Source: a virus (taxonomy: Duplodnaviria > Caudoviricetes). From it: a DNA stretch of 64,000 bases. Shown in pieces: positions 38,611 to 48,495 of this stretch. The stretch covers positions 1-64,000 of the IMG/VR virus record IMGVR_UViG_3300028549_000507; one strand, given 5' to 3'. A program made the position numbers and the translations under genes. Position 1 is the first letter of the stretch; each line of letters begins with the position of its first letter. Under the pieces are notes generated by a model that was not told the DNA's origin, did no database searches, and saw nothing but the letters and a program-made list of their open reading frames with translations.

Positions 38611-38624
38611 TAAGAAAAAAAAAC

Positions 38625-38636
38625 AACATATTAATG
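38625..38636 (+). promoter_or_regulatory. Late promoter AACA-N6-TG
   Basis: AACATATTAATG, followed by a leader of about 110 nt. Confidence 0.7.
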
Positions 38637-38745
38637 TGAATTAAATGTATTTTAACTGTTTTATGAGATGAATTATATCTAGCAACTTTGACAGGTTTAT
38701 AGCTGTATGATTCGTCCAATACAAAACCTATTTTGGAGGAATATT

Positions 38746-39831
38746 ATGTTTGATACTTCAATTGAAAGTATGCTTGGAGACCTTTTCGGTACAAGTTCTA
38801 AACATTCGATGGGAATTGAATCTTCATTGTTCATGGGTATCGAATCCGATGATGGTGATGAAGATGATAAAAAAGGTGAACCTACCGTAATCGAGGGTAC
38901 AGATAAAACTGTCGATCTCGAGGAAGATAAATCAGTCATTAAAGATGCTGAAGATGACGAAGAAAACCTTCCTACTGATGCAGAAGGAAAACCTACTGAT
39001 GCAGTAGATCCTACTCTTACAGATAAAACTGAAGAAGTAACTGGCGAATGTTATAGACTCTCTGCTGAGTGTGCTGTAATGAATGTTGCTATGTTTGCTG
39101 CTGAACACTTTCAGTCTACCGAAGGTGAAGGCTGGGACAAGTTCAAAGCTACTATGAAGAAAATCTGGATCAAAGTAAGAGATTTCGCTCTTACAATCCT
39201 TCGTAGAATCAATCTTCTCATCGCTGGCGACCTTAAGGGTTATCAGAAATGGGCTGCGGCTAATAATTATCAGGGTTTCTATGGTAGTTCTAAAGCTACT
39301 GTTAACGCTAAAGTTCCTGTTACAACTTTCTCAAAAGTTGAAGAAGCTATTAATGCTATTTCTGGCACATATAATGGGTGTGTAGATCTTGCTAAAGAAG
39401 CTCTTTCTACTGGTAAATCTACTTGGAAAGATGAAATCGATAAAGAATTTGCTGGAGTAGCTATTGATACTCTTACAAAACTGTATTATGGTGAAAAACC
39501 TACTACTAAAGCGGTTACTCCTGCAGAATTCAAATCTGCATCTGGTTTTGGTTGGGATGATTTGAAAAATCCTAATCTTAAAGGTATGATTGTTTCTGCA
39601 ACCAATGCTGTTAAAGGTACCAAAATCCTTCTTGCCGGTGTAGATCGTGCAAAAGAGATGGATGCTGATGCAAAAGCAGTTGTCAGAAAAACTTCTACTT
39701 ATGGAACAGCTTATGTTAATGCAACATTCTGGGCTATGAATCAGAAACTTTCTGGTATCCGCACTGTTCGTGCTCTCGCTGGTAAAGTTGTTGGAGAAAG
39801 TACTAAGAAAAAAGCTAAAGATAAGAAATAA
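38746..39831 (+). CDS. Abundant internal head protein with acidic propeptide
   Basis: Start moved to MFDTSIES (SD GGAGG); SIE/GIE/STE sites, then a WDKFKATMKKIWIKV helix. Confidence 0.65.
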   Translation: MFDTSIESMLGDLFGTSSKHSMGIESSLFMGIESDDGDEDDKKGEPTVIEGTDKTVDLEEDKSVIKDAEDDEENLPTDAEGKPTDAVDPTLTDKTEEVTGECYRLSAECAVMNVAMFAAEHFQSTEGEGWDKFKATMKKIWIKVRDFALTILRRINLLIAGDLKGYQKWAAANNYQGFYGSSKATVNAKVPVTTFSKVEEAINAISGTYNGCVDLAKEALSTGKSTWKDEIDKEFAGVAIDTLTKLYYGEKPTTKAVTPAEFKSASGFGWDDLKNPNLKGMIVSATNAVKGTKILLAGVDRAKEMDADAKAVVRKTSTYGTAYVNATFWAMNQKLSGIRTVRALAGKVVGESTKKKAKDKK

Positions 39832-39864
39832 TCTTATCTCCTTTTCTATTAGATATAATAAATT

Positions 39865-39897
39865 AAAGGAATGATGCTTACGGCATCATTCCTTTTT
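39865..39897 (+). terminator. Intrinsic terminator
   Basis: AAAGGAATGATGC-TTACG-GCATCATTCCTTT-TT. Confidence 0.85.
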
Positions 39898-39932
39898 ACT
39901 TTATTTTTGTTAAAACGAATAGGAATATATAT

Positions 39933-41189
39933 ATGAGTAGAACTGCCCTTGAAAGTATGATTGGTGACATCTTTGGAGATAGAAAATATAGTATCTCTTT
40001 CGAAGATATAAACACCTCTACAGGAGATGAAATTGATACAGATAGTACTGATGAAGAAGTGATGCAAATTGCTCAGGATGCTGAAGTTACTATCGACGAA
40101 ATCAAACAAGAACAAGAAAACGCTCCAGAACCTACTGATGATGGTGAAGGTGGTGTTGTAGGAATTGATACTGACCCAAGTGCAATTGAGAAGATCGCAA
40201 CGGACGATGCACTTGAATCAATGCATATATATCTCAGAGAGACTCTAGAGGCTCAAATCCTTCTTAGAGCTGTTGAGAAATTTGTATGGTCTGTTGAATC
40301 TGATGAAGAGGATGAAGAAATAGATACAACTCTATCTAATGGTGAATCTTATAATATTTCAACGGAATCCAAAGAAGCTTCTAAAAATACCGTTAAAGAA
40401 GGTTTCTGGACTAAATTTTGGGATGCTATTAAACGTATCTATGAAAAAATTAGACTTGTTGTAACAAACTTCTTTAAACGTATTGGAATTTTTCTAGCCG
40501 GTAGTATGAAGAAATATTCGGAATGGTATAATGTTGAAGGTTCTAAGTATGAATCTGCAATTGTTAAAAGTGATGTTACAAGAAAAATTATTCTTCCATC
40601 TGTAAATTTCTCAACATATGAGAAATCTGTGAAGGCCGATGTAGTTTCAGCATTGACAAAAGTTGATAAAGCTACAGTAGAACTTGAAAAGGCATCTACT
40701 AAATCTACAAAATTATTTGGACTTATTAAAGTCGCTGACTATGCAAAATATGCAGATGAATGTCGTGCAGCTTCTGATAAGATTACAGTTGAAACTCTTC
40801 GTACTAACCTTTACGGTAAAAATACAAAAGCTACAACTGTAACTGCTAAAGAGTTCTTTGCAAAATTTGAGTTTAAACAACTCAAGTCATCTGAAGCTGT
40901 TAAAGAATATTATAATAAGAGTAAAGAGCTTGTAGCAACAGCTTCTAAAAACATTAAAAATGCAATGAAAGCTAAAGCTGTCAAAGAATCTGATGTTAGA
41001 AGAGCTCTAAAGATAACTGCTTCAGGTCTTCAGGTAGCTCTTAATAATACTACTACAGGGTTAATTTGGCTCACCACTGACCATATTAAACTTCTTAACA
41101 TTTCTCTACAGTATGGTAGAAAAGTTGTAAAGAATCTCTCTGGTGAGAATAAACTCCAGGTCAACGTTAAGCATAAAATTGGTGGTTGA
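39933..41189 (+). CDS. Internal head protein, paralog of 38746
   Basis: ALESMIGDIFG start, acidic propeptide with ALE/SVE/STE sites, FWTKFWDAIKRIYEKI helix. Confidence 0.65.
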   Translation: MSRTALESMIGDIFGDRKYSISFEDINTSTGDEIDTDSTDEEVMQIAQDAEVTIDEIKQEQENAPEPTDDGEGGVVGIDTDPSAIEKIATDDALESMHIYLRETLEAQILLRAVEKFVWSVESDEEDEEIDTTLSNGESYNISTESKEASKNTVKEGFWTKFWDAIKRIYEKIRLVVTNFFKRIGIFLAGSMKKYSEWYNVEGSKYESAIVKSDVTRKIILPSVNFSTYEKSVKADVVSALTKVDKATVELEKASTKSTKLFGLIKVADYAKYADECRAASDKITVETLRTNLYGKNTKATTVTAKEFFAKFEFKQLKSSEAVKEYYNKSKELVATASKNIKNAMKAKAVKESDVRRALKITASGLQVALNNTTTGLIWLTTDHIKLLNISLQYGRKVVKNLSGENKLQVNVKHKIGG

Positions 41190-41197
41190 TTTACATT

Positions 41198-41233
41198 AAA
41201 TTAATGTAGGGATTTACTTCCCTACATTAATTT
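41198..41233 (+). terminator. 15-bp hairpin/terminator
   Basis: AAATTAATGTAGGGA/TCCCTACATTAATTT. Confidence 0.7.
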
Positions 41234-41234
41234 A

Positions 41235-41246
41235 AACATCTTATTG
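41235..41246 (+). promoter_or_regulatory. Late promoter AACA-N6-TG
   Basis: AACATCTTATTG. Confidence 0.7.
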
Positions 41247-41277
41247 GTAATAAAATTAGACTAATGGAGTTAAATAT

Positions 41278-43053
41278 ATGGACACCAAAGAACTGATTGT
41301 TGAATTTTCAGAATTCATAGAGACTAGTTATGATGATATTGAGAGAGAATTATCTCTTATATCAAATTCCAATAAGAGCTTTGATAATTCAGATGCGCCT
41401 CTCAATTATAAACAAACAAACATGGAACCCGCAACTGTCAAAGATGCCATAGATACTATGATTAAAACTGGAGATGATTCCAAGTTTATAGATATGGTGA
41501 GTGATAAGTTTGTAGTTATGGTAAATAAACCTATTAAAGAAATCTTTGTTGATATGTCGAAGATTATTCACAGTTTCAATGATATAATATTGTCACATAA
41601 TGATATGGGAGACAAATCTACATTTGTTAATTTCAACAATTATGTCGGAGCTGTTAGACATAACTTAGAATTACTTCTATTAAGCAATGGTTCTAATGTC
41701 TCTATTGAAGGTTTTAATGTCGATAATTATGTAACTCATAACTCGAATACCCCATCATATGAGTCGGATATGTATTTATCTGTTGAAGCTGATGAGGTTA
41801 AACGTGAGGAAAATGAAAAAAATAACATTGAAGCTGCTAGAAACGCTATAAAGGCTGTGGGTAAGAAGTCTCTTAAAATTCGCAATGCTATCAATCAGGG
41901 TAAGATTAATCTTAATAACTTTATTGATAAGATGAATTTAATTAGAACAGCGTTTTATAATAAACATATGGGTAAGATTGATCATATATTTGAAAATTAT
42001 GGAAGTTCCGCTGTCATAAATGAAAATGAAGTATCGATGGATCCTGTTCAAGCTTTATTTCATAAGTGTGGACCATACCTAGCTAAACTTATAGATGATG
42101 TTATTCAGATATATAAGGACTATAACCTATTTATGGATAAGTGTTTCAACTTTAAATCATATGAAGAGATAATAGTTGAAGCTAATAAATATATTAAATT
42201 CGAAGATGTCAAGTTAGAAAATGAAGCAAAACCGTCAGATGTTAAAAAAGCACTGCTTAAGGATCTTAGATTCAAAGTTGCGACAGCGTTACTGACAGAT
42301 AATAAGGTATATGGTCATACTATAAAAAGTATAGTTGAGCAGAAATATCCTCCTATACACCATGTTATGGTATCATTATTTGTACCAAGACCGCATGAGA
42401 AACCTGTAGATATGGCTGTGAGTGATGTATTCTCTAAAGCAGAATCATTTCATCTTATGGGTAATAAAATGAAAGATGTTGTAAAACAGGCATCTTCTAT
42501 AGTTTCATCTAGAATATCCAGTATTAATATTGAGACCGACTTCAAGAAGGTTGTTGAGAGATTTGATAGATTCTCGAAAGTATCTAAAGCAAATCTTAAA
42601 GATCCGATACTTGGTGTTAGTAAAACTATGAATGATGGTGGTAAAGGGGAGATTGATAATAGAAGAAATGATCTTAAGAAAAGATTAGAAGTTCTTAGAG
42701 ATTTTGGTAATATTATCGAAACATTCATACCTATATTCACATATGTATCTGATGCCGGTGTTGTAATGTATGATATTGCTGTTAGAATAGATCATACGTG
42801 TCAAGATGCTGTAAAAGCATTATTGAACGCCGAATCCGCTAAGACAGACAATAGTTCCTCGTATAAAACTGGAGCTTCTAAAGTTAGAGATTCTGAGTAT
42901 AAAACTAGTGCGAATCCTAATCCTAAGAAATTGGATAAACGTTCTGATTTTGAAAAGAGAAGAGATGATCTTATGGCTGAAGGTAGACGTGATAATGGCG
43001 ATAGCGTTACACAGTTTAAACTCAGTGGGATAAACTCTGTTCTGCGTAGATAA
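41278..43053 (+). CDS. Putative virion (head) protein
   Basis: 591 aa, late promoter, cluster of SIE/SYE/SVE sites near residues 140-170. Confidence 0.55.
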   Translation: MDTKELIVEFSEFIETSYDDIERELSLISNSNKSFDNSDAPLNYKQTNMEPATVKDAIDTMIKTGDDSKFIDMVSDKFVVMVNKPIKEIFVDMSKIIHSFNDIILSHNDMGDKSTFVNFNNYVGAVRHNLELLLLSNGSNVSIEGFNVDNYVTHNSNTPSYESDMYLSVEADEVKREENEKNNIEAARNAIKAVGKKSLKIRNAINQGKINLNNFIDKMNLIRTAFYNKHMGKIDHIFENYGSSAVINENEVSMDPVQALFHKCGPYLAKLIDDVIQIYKDYNLFMDKCFNFKSYEEIIVEANKYIKFEDVKLENEAKPSDVKKALLKDLRFKVATALLTDNKVYGHTIKSIVEQKYPPIHHVMVSLFVPRPHEKPVDMAVSDVFSKAESFHLMGNKMKDVVKQASSIVSSRISSINIETDFKKVVERFDRFSKVSKANLKDPILGVSKTMNDGGKGEIDNRRNDLKKRLEVLRDFGNIIETFIPIFTYVSDAGVVMYDIAVRIDHTCQDAVKALLNAESAKTDNSSSYKTGASKVRDSEYKTSANPNPKKLDKRSDFEKRRDDLMAEGRRDNGDSVTQFKLSGINSVLRR

Positions 43054-43088
43054 AAAAAAAAGAAGGATAGCTATAGCTATCCTTCTTT
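43052..43088. terminator. Bidirectional terminator
   Basis: A-tract-GAAGGATAGCTATAGCTATCCTTC-TTT. Confidence 0.85.
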
Positions 43089-43090
43089 AG

Positions 43091-43180
43091 TTACCACCAA
43101 TCTCTTCTAAAGAGTTTGTAAGTGATAAGTGATGCTACGCATGTAACCGCGATAATGATAAGTTTAGTTGCAACTTTCAT
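43091..43180 (-). CDS. Unannotated 29-aa membrane peptide (MKVATKLIIIAVTCVASLITYKLFRRDWW)
   Basis: AGGA..GGATTCATT-ATG, its own promoter, family-B leader and terminator; single TM helix. Confidence 0.75.
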   Translation of the reverse strand: MKVATKLIIIAVTCVASLITYKLFRRDWW

Positions 43181-43285
43181 AATGAATCCTATTCCTGGTA
43201 TTCGTACCATAGAAAAATTGTTATAGGATATAGATCAGTCAATCTATTCCACTATTAAATATATACTTTATAATTCATTTATTAC
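43181..43285 (-). promoter_or_regulatory. Early promoter plus family-B leader plus CTATGGTAC box
   Basis: TATATTTAATAGT at 43251-43263; box at 43204-43212. Confidence 0.85.
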
Positions 43286-43317
43286 AAAAAGGAGGGAATT
43301 ACCCTCCTTCTTTTTTT
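43286..43317. terminator. Terminator (T1-related)
   Basis: AAGGAGGG-AATTA-CCCTCCTT with flanking A/T tracts. Confidence 0.8.
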
Positions 43318-44693
43318 GTAGTATTCAATAGAGTTATGGTTTCAAATGATTTAAATATATTATAATTACCTGAAGTATTCTCTGGATAGAATTCTTGGTT
43401 ATAATCTGATATAATGAATTTCTTTTCAACAAAACGTTCATTATCTTTAACATCTCCACCTACGACATTTATAGTAAATAGTACATTAGGTTTAAGACAA
43501 TCATCATCCATAGAATCCGATTCTATTACGTAGAATGAATCAATGCCAAGCGATTCGAGCATACTGAATAGGTTAAAGTTATTATTCAACTCATCATATT
43601 CAAAAGATACACCCATACCAGTCTTACTATGACTTAATGCATTTCTAATATATTGTCTAGCTGGAGATTCTGCTCCTTCGAATTTACCATCTTTATAACT
43701 AAACGTTTCCATACCGAAACCATAGTTAGTAAATGCTATACTATCTCCATATGCTTCACCGCTAACAATTCCTAAAGAATTATCTTTAACACCCTTAAAC
43801 ACTGTATGAGCGACAGTTGAATCGGTCTCATACATAGTCATTCCGCCAACATCACCATCAGTATTGTCGGTTTTAGAATATACATACAGATTACAATCTT
43901 TAACTTTACCTTCTTCATAATCATGCTCTAAAGAAAGTCTATTTAGTATATATAACTTACCATCATGATCGAAGAAAGATAATATACCTTTAAGATATAA
44001 TCCATATGTAACTTGCAACGCATCTAATGTATATTTAACATTCCCCGGAGGGATTATTATATTCTCAAAAGGAATTATATTATCAGGTTTATCTATTATA
44101 AACCCTTTACAACCACAAGTCTCAGCAATAAATCGTAGAGCAGTGTCTACCTGAATATAATCTACTCCTTTAGATCTAAGTACTGTATTGTATGTTTTCT
44201 TAAACATCATGTGGTAATCTAGGGTAGTTAGATACATTCGAACAGTATAGATATTTAATGCTCTATCTCGTTCATTTATAGTAGCGATATCCAAAGGTCC
44301 AGCATTCTCATCTTTAGAAGGATTCTCAGGAAAATCCCTAAGATTAGTAGTATCATCTGATTCTACAAGAGGAATGAATAGTTGTTCAAATACTATATCA
44401 TTCTCAACTAGAGTCTTGTCTGCACTATCTTTTGATGTTAAATATTTTAACTTCTCTTTAGTTAAATGTAATAGTAATCTATTATCATTTTTCTTTATAA
44501 ATCCGACATGATCAGCAGTCAGTTCTAATGTAATTGTCATCATTGGTGTGAATAAGTTGTTATACTTAACCACATTTGTTATACTTTGTATCTTTATAGG
44601 TTCAAATTCACCAGTACCATCATCTAAGAATAACTTACATGAAAATCTGTATCTGATACTATATTTTTGATCTTTATCTTTAGCAGCCATCAC
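43299..44693 (-). CDS. Putative virion structural (tail/baseplate) protein
   Basis: 464 aa; LQVTYGLYLKGILSFFD..LYIL pattern seen in jumbo-phage tail proteins (from memory). Confidence 0.45.
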   Translation of the reverse strand: MMAAKDKDQKYSIRYRFSCKLFLDDGTGEFEPIKIQSITNVVKYNNLFTPMMTITLELTADHVGFIKKNDNRLLLHLTKEKLKYLTSKDSADKTLVENDIVFEQLFIPLVESDDTTNLRDFPENPSKDENAGPLDIATINERDRALNIYTVRMYLTTLDYHMMFKKTYNTVLRSKGVDYIQVDTALRFIAETCGCKGFIIDKPDNIIPFENIIIPPGNVKYTLDALQVTYGLYLKGILSFFDHDGKLYILNRLSLEHDYEEGKVKDCNLYVYSKTDNTDGDVGGMTMYETDSTVAHTVFKGVKDNSLGIVSGEAYGDSIAFTNYGFGMETFSYKDGKFEGAESPARQYIRNALSHSKTGMGVSFEYDELNNNFNLFSMLESLGIDSFYVIESDSMDDDCLKPNVLFTINVVGGDVKDNERFVEKKFIISDYNQEFYPENTSGNYNIFKSFETITLLNTTKKEGG

Positions 44694-45718
44694 TACCCCA
44701 TTAACCAGTTAACATTTAATAGTAAATCTTCAAATACAAAGAAGTCATTGAACGAATGAACTGCTTTTGTATCAATTTTACTTTCCCATATCTTCATCAA
44801 ATCTTTAGATAACACATATAGTCTATTCATATAGTCTACATCTATTACCTTTAATCTAATTCCGAGAAGATCTATATCTTTTTGATTTATTTTTATACCA
44901 TCAATGAGTGATGGTATATCATTCTTATCTGTAAATTCCATTGTATTTTGTATAAGTATATTATATATCTTAGTACTTCGAACATGTTTAAGACTCTCTA
45001 ATTTAGGGAATCCATGTTTAAATCCGAGTATACATAGTAATACAGATATTAGATCCAAGTCTTTATAGTTATCTATTACAGTATCAAGCTTTAACCCAGA
45101 ACTTCCAAAGAATATGTCTGGTCCATGGTTTATATGATCGTGTTTTACATGGATCATATCTCTATCAATTCTAAGCATCTGCATTGCTAACATATTGTTA
45201 CCGATGTACATTATTCTACATCGTTTACCAATTTTTGCATTCATAGATGATATATTTGTAGCAGTGAAATATGCTACGTGTTGGTATAGATATTTCATTT
45301 CATTATCAAGTTTCTCTATAAATATAGTCTTTTTGAATAGATTAACTATAGAACAAACTTTAGAACACGTTATACTATATCTATCATAAATAGTGCTATC
45401 AGATGAATAAATGATAAGTACACTTTTACAACCAACTTTATCATTTATAAAATGTCTATAGTGTGCGGCTGTATTCAATATTCCGTATGCTATTCTTGTA
45501 ATTGTTAAATTATCAAGTTCTCTATCTTTGAAATTGGAATGTTCATCTATATTATGAATACTTTCCATAAATCTAAGTATATAAGCGATGTCCAACATTA
45601 CTATAAACTTATCTTTCTTATAACTCTCGTCTAATTCGGTTTCAAAGAACTCTGTCAATTTGGCAAATTGTAATTTAGAATAATTACACGATAAGTCGAT
45701 CTTTTCATTTTCAAGCAT
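44693..45718 (-). CDS. Hypothetical protein, possible diverged 5'-3' exonuclease/PIN-like fold
   Basis: VMLDIAYIL..NTAAHYRHF..VLIIYS secondary-structure pattern; catalytic acids unclear. Confidence 0.35.
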   Translation of the reverse strand: MLENEKIDLSCNYSKLQFAKLTEFFETELDESYKKDKFIVMLDIAYILRFMESIHNIDEHSNFKDRELDNLTITRIAYGILNTAAHYRHFINDKVGCKSVLIIYSSDSTIYDRYSITCSKVCSIVNLFKKTIFIEKLDNEMKYLYQHVAYFTATNISSMNAKIGKRCRIMYIGNNMLAMQMLRIDRDMIHVKHDHINHGPDIFFGSSGLKLDTVIDNYKDLDLISVLLCILGFKHGFPKLESLKHVRSTKIYNILIQNTMEFTDKNDIPSLIDGIKINQKDIDLLGIRLKVIDVDYMNRLYVLSKDLMKIWESKIDTKAVHSFNDFFVFEDLLLNVNWLMG

Positions 45719-45728
45719 AGTATACCTC

Positions 45729-45740
45729 CATTAAGATGTT
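45729..45740 (-). promoter_or_regulatory. Promoter AACA-N6-TG
   Basis: AACATCTTAATG. Confidence 0.65.
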
Positions 45741-45767
45741 TCGTCGAGATTAATATATTACCCAGTC

Positions 45768-45779
45768 AACATATTAATA
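45768..45779 (+). promoter_or_regulatory. Promoter AACA-N6-TA
   Basis: AACATATTAATA. Confidence 0.65.
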
Positions 45780-45804
45780 TATAACTTAAAGTAGGAGTTT
45801 AGAA

Positions 45805-46716
45805 ATGGCAGAGACACCAAAGTTTCTTGATATAAAAACATTTATGAATCCGGCAGGACAAGCATCACATGCACGATTGATTATAAATGCATTCGTTGAT
45901 AGATATAAACAGTTTATAGTGAAAACTATAAATATGAAAGCATATAAAGATGGTAAAAGTTATGTATTCTTATTTAAAATACCTTCTGAAAAGAATCACT
46001 TATACCTTACAGATATGTTTTACGATATCATAGTAGAGTTCTATCCTAGACCAAATACTACCAATGAAGATGATAAAACTGTAATAGACTATGGTCTGAG
46101 AGTTTTTAGTAATTGTCCCACATTCGTATTTCAGTATACTCACTTATATTACAAGATGGGCGCACTATATAGAAAGATAGATACAAACCACTACAGTCAT
46201 ACGGCATTGGAAGAGCCTGCTAAGATTGCAAATCCTTATAAATTAGTAGGTATTGAAAAATCAATATTTTATGCTCTTAATTATATATTTGAGAAAACGA
46301 ATTATAATAAAGGTAAGATAGATGGATTACTTATTAAACTTCCTAAAATTGAGACCGGATTCCAATTTCCAGGCAATCTATTTAGTGATGTAAAGACTCA
46401 AGATTCTAAGATGAATGAGATTGCTAAGCATAACAAAAGTAGATTAAATGAAAAAAAGAGGAAGAAACGTAAAGCGGGACATTCTCAAGTTGAATTGAGA
46501 TTAGGTAATACTGTACTAGCTAGTGACGAAGTTGGTGGTAGAAAGAGTAAAAGGAATCTTCTAGAGAGTGATTTGGTTCGTAGAGAAGATAACTTTAAAA
46601 GTAATCTGACTCATAGTTTTAAGAAAGAATCTGTTAAAAATTCTCTTACAACTTCTAAACTAAAAACATCGGGTCTTACGACATCTAGGATTAAGTCTAA
46701 ATTAAAGAAAAAATAA
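45805..46716 (+). CDS. Hypothetical protein with very basic C-terminal tail
   Basis: 303 aa; FSNCPTFVFQY core and K/R-rich last ~90 aa. Confidence 0.65.
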   Translation: MAETPKFLDIKTFMNPAGQASHARLIINAFVDRYKQFIVKTINMKAYKDGKSYVFLFKIPSEKNHLYLTDMFYDIIVEFYPRPNTTNEDDKTVIDYGLRVFSNCPTFVFQYTHLYYKMGALYRKIDTNHYSHTALEEPAKIANPYKLVGIEKSIFYALNYIFEKTNYNKGKIDGLLIKLPKIETGFQFPGNLFSDVKTQDSKMNEIAKHNKSRLNEKKRKKRKAGHSQVELRLGNTVLASDEVGGRKSKRNLLESDLVRREDNFKSNLTHSFKKESVKNSLTTSKLKTSGLTTSRIKSKLKKK

Positions 46717-46743
46717 ATAAGGAGGGATAATACCCTCCTTATT
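46717..46743. terminator. Terminator between convergent genes
   Basis: ATAAGGAGGG-ATAATA-CCCTCCTTAT. Confidence 0.75.
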
Positions 46744-47327
46744 TACAATTTAACTTTATCAAGTTCTCTTCTAACATCATCAGACTCTAAACGAGTTATT
46801 TTGATAAAGTTATTAATGTATAGTTCAGATGGATTGATTTTGTAATATATCAAACCTCCAAAATATTTACTAAAGAATATCAATGCCAATCTTGACGTTT
46901 TCTTGACAATCTTTCTAATAAATGATTTTTCGGGATATTGAATATTATAGTCAATAAGCTTTTTAAATAGTATATCACATACTTCTCTATCAAAAAAATT
47001 ATTAGCATACAATCCATCGTGATATAGAGTTGGAATCAGAGTATCCGCAGATACTCTAACTACATCTCCAATATTTATAGGGGATGTTACTCCATCCCAT
47101 ATAATACCCTCAGAAACATCGATACTATAGAACTCATTCTTAACACTAATAATCATGTGACTAGGTTCACAAGTTGTCATTATGTTAGATGGGAACTTTT
47201 TGTATCGACCTATTATTTTAGATTTATACACTGGATTAGTCTGTAACTCCTCCATATGCATAAATCTAAATGGTATACTTTTTTTAGGGTATATTATAAT
47301 CATTACATCATTTTCTTTAATACTCAT
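46743..47327 (-). CDS. Hypothetical protein
   Basis: 194 aa ORF with an SD-like AAGGG. Confidence 0.6.
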   Translation of the reverse strand: MSIKENDVMIIIYPKKSIPFRFMHMEELQTNPVYKSKIIGRYKKFPSNIMTTCEPSHMIISVKNEFYSIDVSEGIIWDGVTSPINIGDVVRVSADTLIPTLYHDGLYANNFFDREVCDILFKKLIDYNIQYPEKSFIRKIVKKTSRLALIFFSKYFGGLIYYKINPSELYINNFIKITRLESDDVRRELDKVKL

Positions 47328-47348
47328 AGTTTAATTCCCTTAACCTTA

Positions 47349-48467
47349 TTAACAATAAGATAATAATCGGTTTCGTTGTTCGAATCCGTAATCTATCCCT
47401 TCTACAATACTATTATGAACGAATAGTTTATCTTCATCTATCATCTGACTAATTACATCCGTAACTTCGTAAGATGAATCTGCTGAGGAACTAACATCAC
47501 TATCTGCTTGTTGATTGTCATAATCTTTGTATATTATTCTACACTTGGAACCGATTATTGAAGGTGAGTACATAAGTCTCACACTGCCGTAGCGATCCTC
47601 TATAACTTTCCCAATTTGGCGTAGAGCAAACATAACATTTTCAATTTCAATCTCAGCATGACCAGGTGTCATATATTTTTTACCGATAACAGAACTATTT
47701 CTGAAATTCATTCCCATTTGGGTATCATATGCGAATACACCACCATTCACGGTGTAATCGCACCCTGTAATGAAGTTTAGATCTGATATAACTTCATTTG
47801 ATGAACGGAGTTCACTATCATTAGTAAACATTATCTTTTTATCATCATTAATCAGAAGACTATCATTTATCGTATCAAACATCTTAGGGTGTTGTAAATA
47901 TAACGTTGTAACATCATCGATAATGTCCAACCCATACAATCTAGTAAACTCCCGAATTCCGGGATTGACATCATTTTCAACAGCATATTCATGCTCTTGG
48001 GTATAAAATCTCGGATCTACAAGTAATTTTGTTTCAACATATTCACTTATCTCATAACTATTAAATGTACAAGAGTAAAGATTGGCTACATCATTTCTAG
48101 TAAATCCTAAATCATAGTCCGAATCTCTATCGAGTCTTTTAGCTGATAGTATGGTTAGTTCGCTAACCTTAAATCTATCAATTAATGATCCTCCGATATG
48201 GGGGAGTTGGCATGAATAAACATACACAGCCATGAACGAAAGTGTTCCATTATCTCTATTTGATACGGATTCGAATATCACTTTATCAGATCGGGTTGTG
48301 GATATGTTTACTTGTATAACTTTACACACATCACCAATTCTTTCATCATGAAATATATGGATAAATCTTCTACGATCAATAAGTCCCGCTTCTTTAGCAT
48401 TTTCACCGTGCTTACTTAACAATGAATCGCCTAACAAATCGTAATTATTTCCCGTTGGAATATACAT
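47349..48467 (-). CDS. Hypothetical protein (possible paralog of 48496)
   Basis: 372 aa, starts MYIPTG, AACA-type promoter. Confidence 0.6.
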   Translation of the reverse strand: MYIPTGNNYDLLGDSLLSKHGENAKEAGLIDRRRFIHIFHDERIGDVCKVIQVNISTTRSDKVIFESVSNRDNGTLSFMAVYVYSCQLPHIGGSLIDRFKVSELTILSAKRLDRDSDYDLGFTRNDVANLYSCTFNSYEISEYVETKLLVDPRFYTQEHEYAVENDVNPGIREFTRLYGLDIIDDVTTLYLQHPKMFDTINDSLLINDDKKIMFTNDSELRSSNEVISDLNFITGCDYTVNGGVFAYDTQMGMNFRNSSVIGKKYMTPGHAEIEIENVMFALRQIGKVIEDRYGSVRLMYSPSIIGSKCRIIYKDYDNQQADSDVSSSADSSYEVTDVISQMIDEDKLFVHNSIVEGIDYGFEQRNRLLSYC

Positions 48468-48478
48468 TAAAATTCTCC

Positions 48479-48490
48479 CACTTAAATGTT
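48479..48490 (-). promoter_or_regulatory. Promoter AACA-N6-TG
   Basis: AACATTTAAGTG. Confidence 0.65.
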
Positions 48491-48495
48491 CAAGT

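Noticed and set aside
47370-47395. GTTCGAATCC T-loop-like strings (also near 2185 and 10907)
   Set aside because: Inside coding regions, with no cloverleaf stems around them; no tRNA could be supported
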